Assembly (NCBI RefSeq): GCF_000621645.1
Contig: NZ_JHXR01000004.1
Span: forward strand, 1 to 32,000
Direction: 5' to 3'
DNA from: Vibrio cholerae ATCC 14035
Lineage (GTDB): Bacteria > Pseudomonadota > Gammaproteobacteria > Enterobacterales > Vibrionaceae
DNA: 32,000 nucleotides
A model generated the notes under the pieces. The model saw nothing but the letters and a program-made list of their open reading frames with translations. It made no database searches and had not been told where the DNA came from. This document shows, piece after piece, positions 28,353-32,000 of the stretch (the stretch's first letter is position 1; every line of letters starts with the position of its first letter). The position numbers and the translations under genes are program-made.

Positions 28353-29048
28353 TTAGATGCCGAGCTGATCCAACAAATCGGCAGACGCACTGTCTTCTTC
28401 GGAGTGGTTAGCAACTGAATGTGATTTTTGCTGTTTCTGTGTTGCGGCCAGAATATCGTCAGGGCTTTCATCTTCCTGAACGTCGAACTCTTCGAGTTGG
28501 ATAAACTCGGTTTTGTCCATCGCCAGTTCAAGATAAAAGATGTTGTTATTGGCTGTTGAAAATGTCACACGTCGCGCCTGTGGACGATCAAGGTTGGTAT
28601 CTACAGATAAAAGCACCTGTTTGTTCAATGAAAGCATCTTAGGCTGGTTCTGGGTAATGTTGGTTTGCAGCTCTTTACGCACTTTGTTGGTGAAGTCACC
28701 GACAAGCTGGTTCATCAGCTCACCCAATACATCGCCAACTTCATCGGAGGTGTGTAATACCGCGAGTTCTTCTTCTGGCATGCCCATGTTACGCATGTAA
28801 TTGGTGTAAACCTCAAGCGCCGCTTTGGCAGTAAAGTTGATCACAACAAGGCCAGTAAAACCGCCATCAAACAACACAAAACAGCCGAAATCTGGTTTCA
28901 GCGAGGTTTTATTAATTTTTTGTACCATTGCGGAATAGTGGATCGGTGAATTCGTTGCGGACGTGAGAACCGTAGAAACCGATTGGCACAGCATGAGTAG
29001 GATATCTTCCGTTGTTACTATTTGATTTTTTTTCATCGTTTTTTCCAT
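28353..29048 (-). CDS. CheX/CheC-like (putative CheY-P phosphatase fold) protein with an acidic C-terminal tail
   Basis: 231 aa. It has a complete CheC/CheX/FliY consensus D-x3-E-x2-N-x22-P: D106 VLG E110 LM N113 ..(22).. P136, at nt 28641-28733. The C-terminal about 45 aa are rich in D/E/S/Q. An alternative start is Met5 (29036). Confidence 0.7.
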   Translation of the reverse strand: MEKTMKKNQIVTTEDILLMLCQSVSTVLTSATNSPIHYSAMVQKINKTSLKPDFGCFVLFDGGFTGLVVINFTAKAALEVYTNYMRNMGMPEEELAVLHTSDEVGDVLGELMNQLVGDFTNKVRKELQTNITQNQPKMLSLNKQVLLSVDTNLDRPQARRVTFSTANNNIFYLELAMDKTEFIQLEEFDVQEDESPDDILAATQKQQKSHSVANHSEEDSASADLLDQLGI

Positions 29049-29248
29049 ACAGTTCTAAATAAGCGAAATAACAGAATGGCTCGGTGATAACAAAGTTGAA
29101 AAAATTCTGTTTCACCGCATTCTGGCACTCAGATTCTGATTTGATCACCATTTTAAATGTTGTAAAGTGACCGAATTCAAAGATTACTCTTTAAAATCTA
29201 ACAATAACCCAAAGCTGATTGGATCAGCGTAGTAGGGGCAGGAAGCAA

Positions 29249-32000
29249 ATGTTACCAAGACTCCATCACCAATCCGACGTTGATCCGGTGGTTTTAACTT
29301 TTTTACACGAGTTAAAAACCGCAGGATTTACCGGCGATATTGAAACCCAATACTCCAGCCGTCTTGCGGTAGCGACGGATAACAGCGTCTACCAACAATT
29401 GCCTCAAGCGGTCGTACATCCTAAATCCACCGCTGATGTTGTTCTTATAGGAAAGATTAGTTCAAAACCAGAATTTGAGAGAGTGACTTTTTCACCTCGT
29501 GGTGGCGGTACGGGCACGAATGGTCAATCGCTGACTAAAGGGGTGGTCGTTGATTTGTCGCGGCATATGAATCGTATCCTAGAAATTAACCCGCAAGAGG
29601 GATGGGTACGAGTGCAGGCGGGGGTCATTAAAGATCAACTCAATGATGCGGTACGCCCACACGGTTTTTTCTTCTCTCCGGATCTTTCGACCAGTAATCG
29701 CGCGACGCTTGGCGGCATGGTTAACACCGATGCTTCAGGGCAAGGGTCGCTACAATATGGCAAAACGTCGGATCACGTACTCTCGCTGCAAGCGGTATTT
29801 GCCGATGGTTCTTTGCTGGAAACCGATCTCTCGCAAGGTTTGCCTGCTCCCAATACGTTTGCTGCGCAAGCGATGCAAGTCACGGAGCAGGTTTGCCGCA
29901 CCAAACGTAAGCAAATTGTCGCGAAATTTCCGCCGCTCAACCGCTTTTTGACTGGATACGATTTAAAAAATGCCCTAAATGAAGCCGAAGATCGCTTTGA
30001 TATCACGCGGGTGTTGTGTGGTGCAGAAGGCTCACTGGCGTTTATTACCGAAGCTAAACTCAATTTAACGCCTATCCCCAAAGCACGCACGTTAGTGAAT
30101 GTGAAATACGACAGCTTTGATTCTGCACTGCGTAATGCGCCTTTAATGGTTGAAGCGAAAGCTTTGTCGGTAGAAACCGTTGACTCGAAAGTGCTCAATC
30201 TTGCCAAAGAAGACATTATTTGGCACAGCGTAAAAGACTTGCTGACTGATGTGCCTGGCAAAGAGATGCAAGGCATCAATATGGTCGAATACGCAGGCCA
30301 AGACAGCGCGCAGATTAATCAGCAAGTCGCACAATTAACCGCGCGCCTTGATGAGATGATGGCCAACCAACAAGCGGGAATTATTGGCTATCAAGTCTGT
30401 AGTGATTTAGCGAGCATCAACCGCATTTACAATATGCGTAAAAAAGCGGTGGGCTTGCTCGGTGCAGCCAAAGGCCGCGCTAAACCGGTTGCCTTTACCG
30501 AAGATACCTGTGTGCCGCCTGAGAACTTAGCCGATTTTATCGTTGAATTTCGCGCGCTGCTCGATTCCAAAAATCTGGCGTATGGCATGTTTGGGCATGT
30601 GGATGCGGGCGTATTGCATGTGCGTCCTGCGCTTGACTTGTGCGATCCCAAGCAAGAATTGTTGATGCGTGAAATCTCCGATCAAGTGGTTAAGCTCGTC
30701 GCTAAATATGGCGGTTTGATGTGGGGGGAGCATGGCAAAGGCTATCGTTCGGAATATGGCCCTGAATTTTTTGGTGAGGAGCTGTTCACTGAACTGCGTC
30801 GTGTGAAAGCGGCGTTTGACCCGCACAATAAGATGAATCCGGGCAAGATTTGTACCCCACTTGATACACCGTTTGAGCTGGTGAAAGTCTCCGACACTAA
30901 ACGTGGTTTTTACGATCGCCAAATCGACGTCAAAGTGCGCGACAGCTTTAAGCAAGCGATGGAGTGTAACGGTAACGGTTTGTGCTTTAACTACGAAACT
31001 AGCTCCCCGATGTGTCCTTCAATGAAGGTGACGGCGGATCGTCGCCACTCGCCGAAAGGGCGCGCAGGATTAGTGCGAGAATGGTTACGTCAACTGACGG
31101 AGCAGGGTATTGATATCCTCGATCTTGAAAAAGCCACGCTCGAATCCTCGCCAACAATTAAATCTATGCTAGATCGGGTTCGTCATGCTTTTAGCAAAGA
31201 TAAAGAGTACGACTTTTCGCATGAAGTGTACGAAGCGATGAATGGTTGCTTGGCCTGTAAGGCCTGTGCAAGCCAGTGTCCGATTAAGGTGGATGTGCCC
31301 AGTTTCCGTTCGCGTTTTCTGAATATCTATCACAGCCGTTATCCGCGCCCAGTCAAAGATTATTTAGTCGCGAATATCGAAACCTTATTACCTGTGATGG
31401 CGAAGGCTCCGCAACTGGTGAATAGTGTGTTAGCACAATCTTCGGTGCAAAAATTAACCGCTAAAACGGTGGGTTATGTTGATGCGCCTCTCTTGTCGGT
31501 ACCAACACTCGCACAGCGTTTACGCCGTCATCCCGTCGTCCTGTTTGATATGCAGCGTTTGGCGGGGTTATCGCAAGAAGAGCGCGAGCAACATGTGTTG
31601 ATCGTGCAAGATCCGTTTACCAGTTATTACGATGCGGATGTGGTCGAAGATTTTGTCGCCCTGCTGCTTAAATTAGGCAAAAAACCAGTATTGTTGCCGT
31701 TTAAACCCAATGGCAAAGCGCAACATATTAAGGGCTTTCTACGCCAATTTCGTTCGACGGCAGCGAATTCCGCGGCATTTCTGACTCAAGTGGCGGATCT
31801 CAATATTCCGCTCGTGGGTGTAGATCCTGCTTTGGTGCTTTGCTATCGCGATGAGTATGTTGAAATATTAGGCAAAGAGCGCGGTGAGTTTTCGGTTCTG
31901 ACGGTTCATGAATGGCTCAAACCACGCCTGTCGCAGTTTACGCCTCAAGTAACCGATGCACAGCCTTGGTACTTATTGGCGCACTGTACGGAGAAAACTA
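29249..32000 (+). CDS. ydiJ: FAD-binding and Fe-S-binding oxidoreductase YdiJ (D-2-hydroxyglutarate dehydrogenase family); 3'-truncated by the window end
   Basis: My own translation from ATG 29249 (AGGAAG RBS) gives MLPRLHHQSDVDPVVLTFLHELKTAGFTGD..PRGGGTGTNGQSL..NRATLGGM.NTDASGQGS... This is colinear with E. coli YdiJ. A ferredoxin-type motif CLACKACASQCP lies near 31250-31285. The frame stays open to 32000. It is absent from the ORF track, which shows only antisense shadow ORFs here. Confidence 0.9.
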   Translation, partial: MLPRLHHQSDVDPVVLTFLHELKTAGFTGDIETQYSSRLAVATDNSVYQQLPQAVVHPKSTADVVLIGKISSKPEFERVTFSPRGGGTGTNGQSLTKGVVVDLSRHMNRILEINPQEGWVRVQAGVIKDQLNDAVRPHGFFFSPDLSTSNRATLGGMVNTDASGQGSLQYGKTSDHVLSLQAVFADGSLLETDLSQGLPAPNTFAAQAMQVTEQVCRTKRKQIVAKFPPLNRFLTGYDLKNALNEAEDRFDITRVLCGAEGSLAFITEAKLNLTPIPKARTLVNVKYDSFDSALRNAPLMVEAKALSVETVDSKVLNLAKEDIIWHSVKDLLTDVPGKEMQGINMVEYAGQDSAQINQQVAQLTARLDEMMANQQAGIIGYQVCSDLASINRIYNMRKKAVGLLGAAKGRAKPVAFTEDTCVPPENLADFIVEFRALLDSKNLAYGMFGHVDAGVLHVRPALDLCDPKQELLMREISDQVVKLVAKYGGLMWGEHGKGYRSEYGPEFFGEELFTELRRVKAAFDPHNKMNPGKICTPLDTPFELVKVSDTKRGFYDRQIDVKVRDSFKQAMECNGNGLCFNYETSSPMCPSMKVTADRRHSPKGRAGLVREWLRQLTEQGIDILDLEKATLESSPTIKSMLDRVRHAFSKDKEYDFSHEVYEAMNGCLACKACASQCPIKVDVPSFRSRFLNIYHSRYPRPVKDYLVANIETLLPVMAKAPQLVNSVLAQSSVQKLTAKTVGYVDAPLLSVPTLAQRLRRHPVVLFDMQRLAGLSQEEREQHVLIVQDPFTSYYDADVVEDFVALLLKLGKKPVLLPFKPNGKAQHIKGFLRQFRSTAANSAAFLTQVADLNIPLVGVDPALVLCYRDEYVEILGKERGEFSVLTVHEWLKPRLSQFTPQVTDAQPWYLLAHCTEKT

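Noticed and set aside
29643-30955. Track ORFs 29643-29951 +, 29773-30279 -, 30143-30334 -, 30427-30651 -, 30527-30955 -
   Set aside because: All overlap the long ydiJ frame (29249 to the window end), which has strong homology-type evidence. They are out-of-frame or antisense artefacts.

Overview
This window reads as an ordinary Vibrio (V. cholerae-like) chromosomal core segment. That assignment rests on by-eye recognition of protein sequences and motifs; no database search was possible. About 29 genes are dense and intact.

Minus strand, left part: a truncated DAACS-family transporter, then the complete trp operon (trpL-E-G-D-C(F)-B-A). The operon has an E. coli-like promoter, a TrpR operator, a 5-Trp leader peptide and an attenuator.

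Plus strand: rnm(trpH/yciV)-yciO-rluB.

Minus strand: cydC, cydD and trxB.

Plus strand: a coupled pair of a PF10014-like 2OG/Fe(II) oxygenase and a class-V PLP enzyme of the 'VC1184 subfamily', then a membrane GGDEF cyclase.

Minus strand: sanA, a small membrane protein and maeA. Then one orphan plus-strand ORF. Then, all on the minus strand:
- Vibrio-type long purC with a perfect PurR box
- SOS-boxed sulA
- a small zinc-ribbon protein
- a Sel1-TM-J-domain protein
- a YiaD-like OmpA lipoprotein
- a DUF2786-like protein
- an orphan CheX-like protein

The window ends with the 5' 2.75 kb of ydiJ on the plus strand. This gene is missing from the supplied ORF track.

I saw no rRNA, tRNA, CRISPR array, transposase or integrase. 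I found no clear novel multi-gene system. The best candidates for follow-up are:
- the oxygenase plus Cys-less desulfurase-like pair
- the run of uncharacterised envelope/signalling genes at 25.3-29.0 kb
- the broken transporter with a repeat- and GATC-rich flank at the left edge, which may border an accessory element lying outside the window
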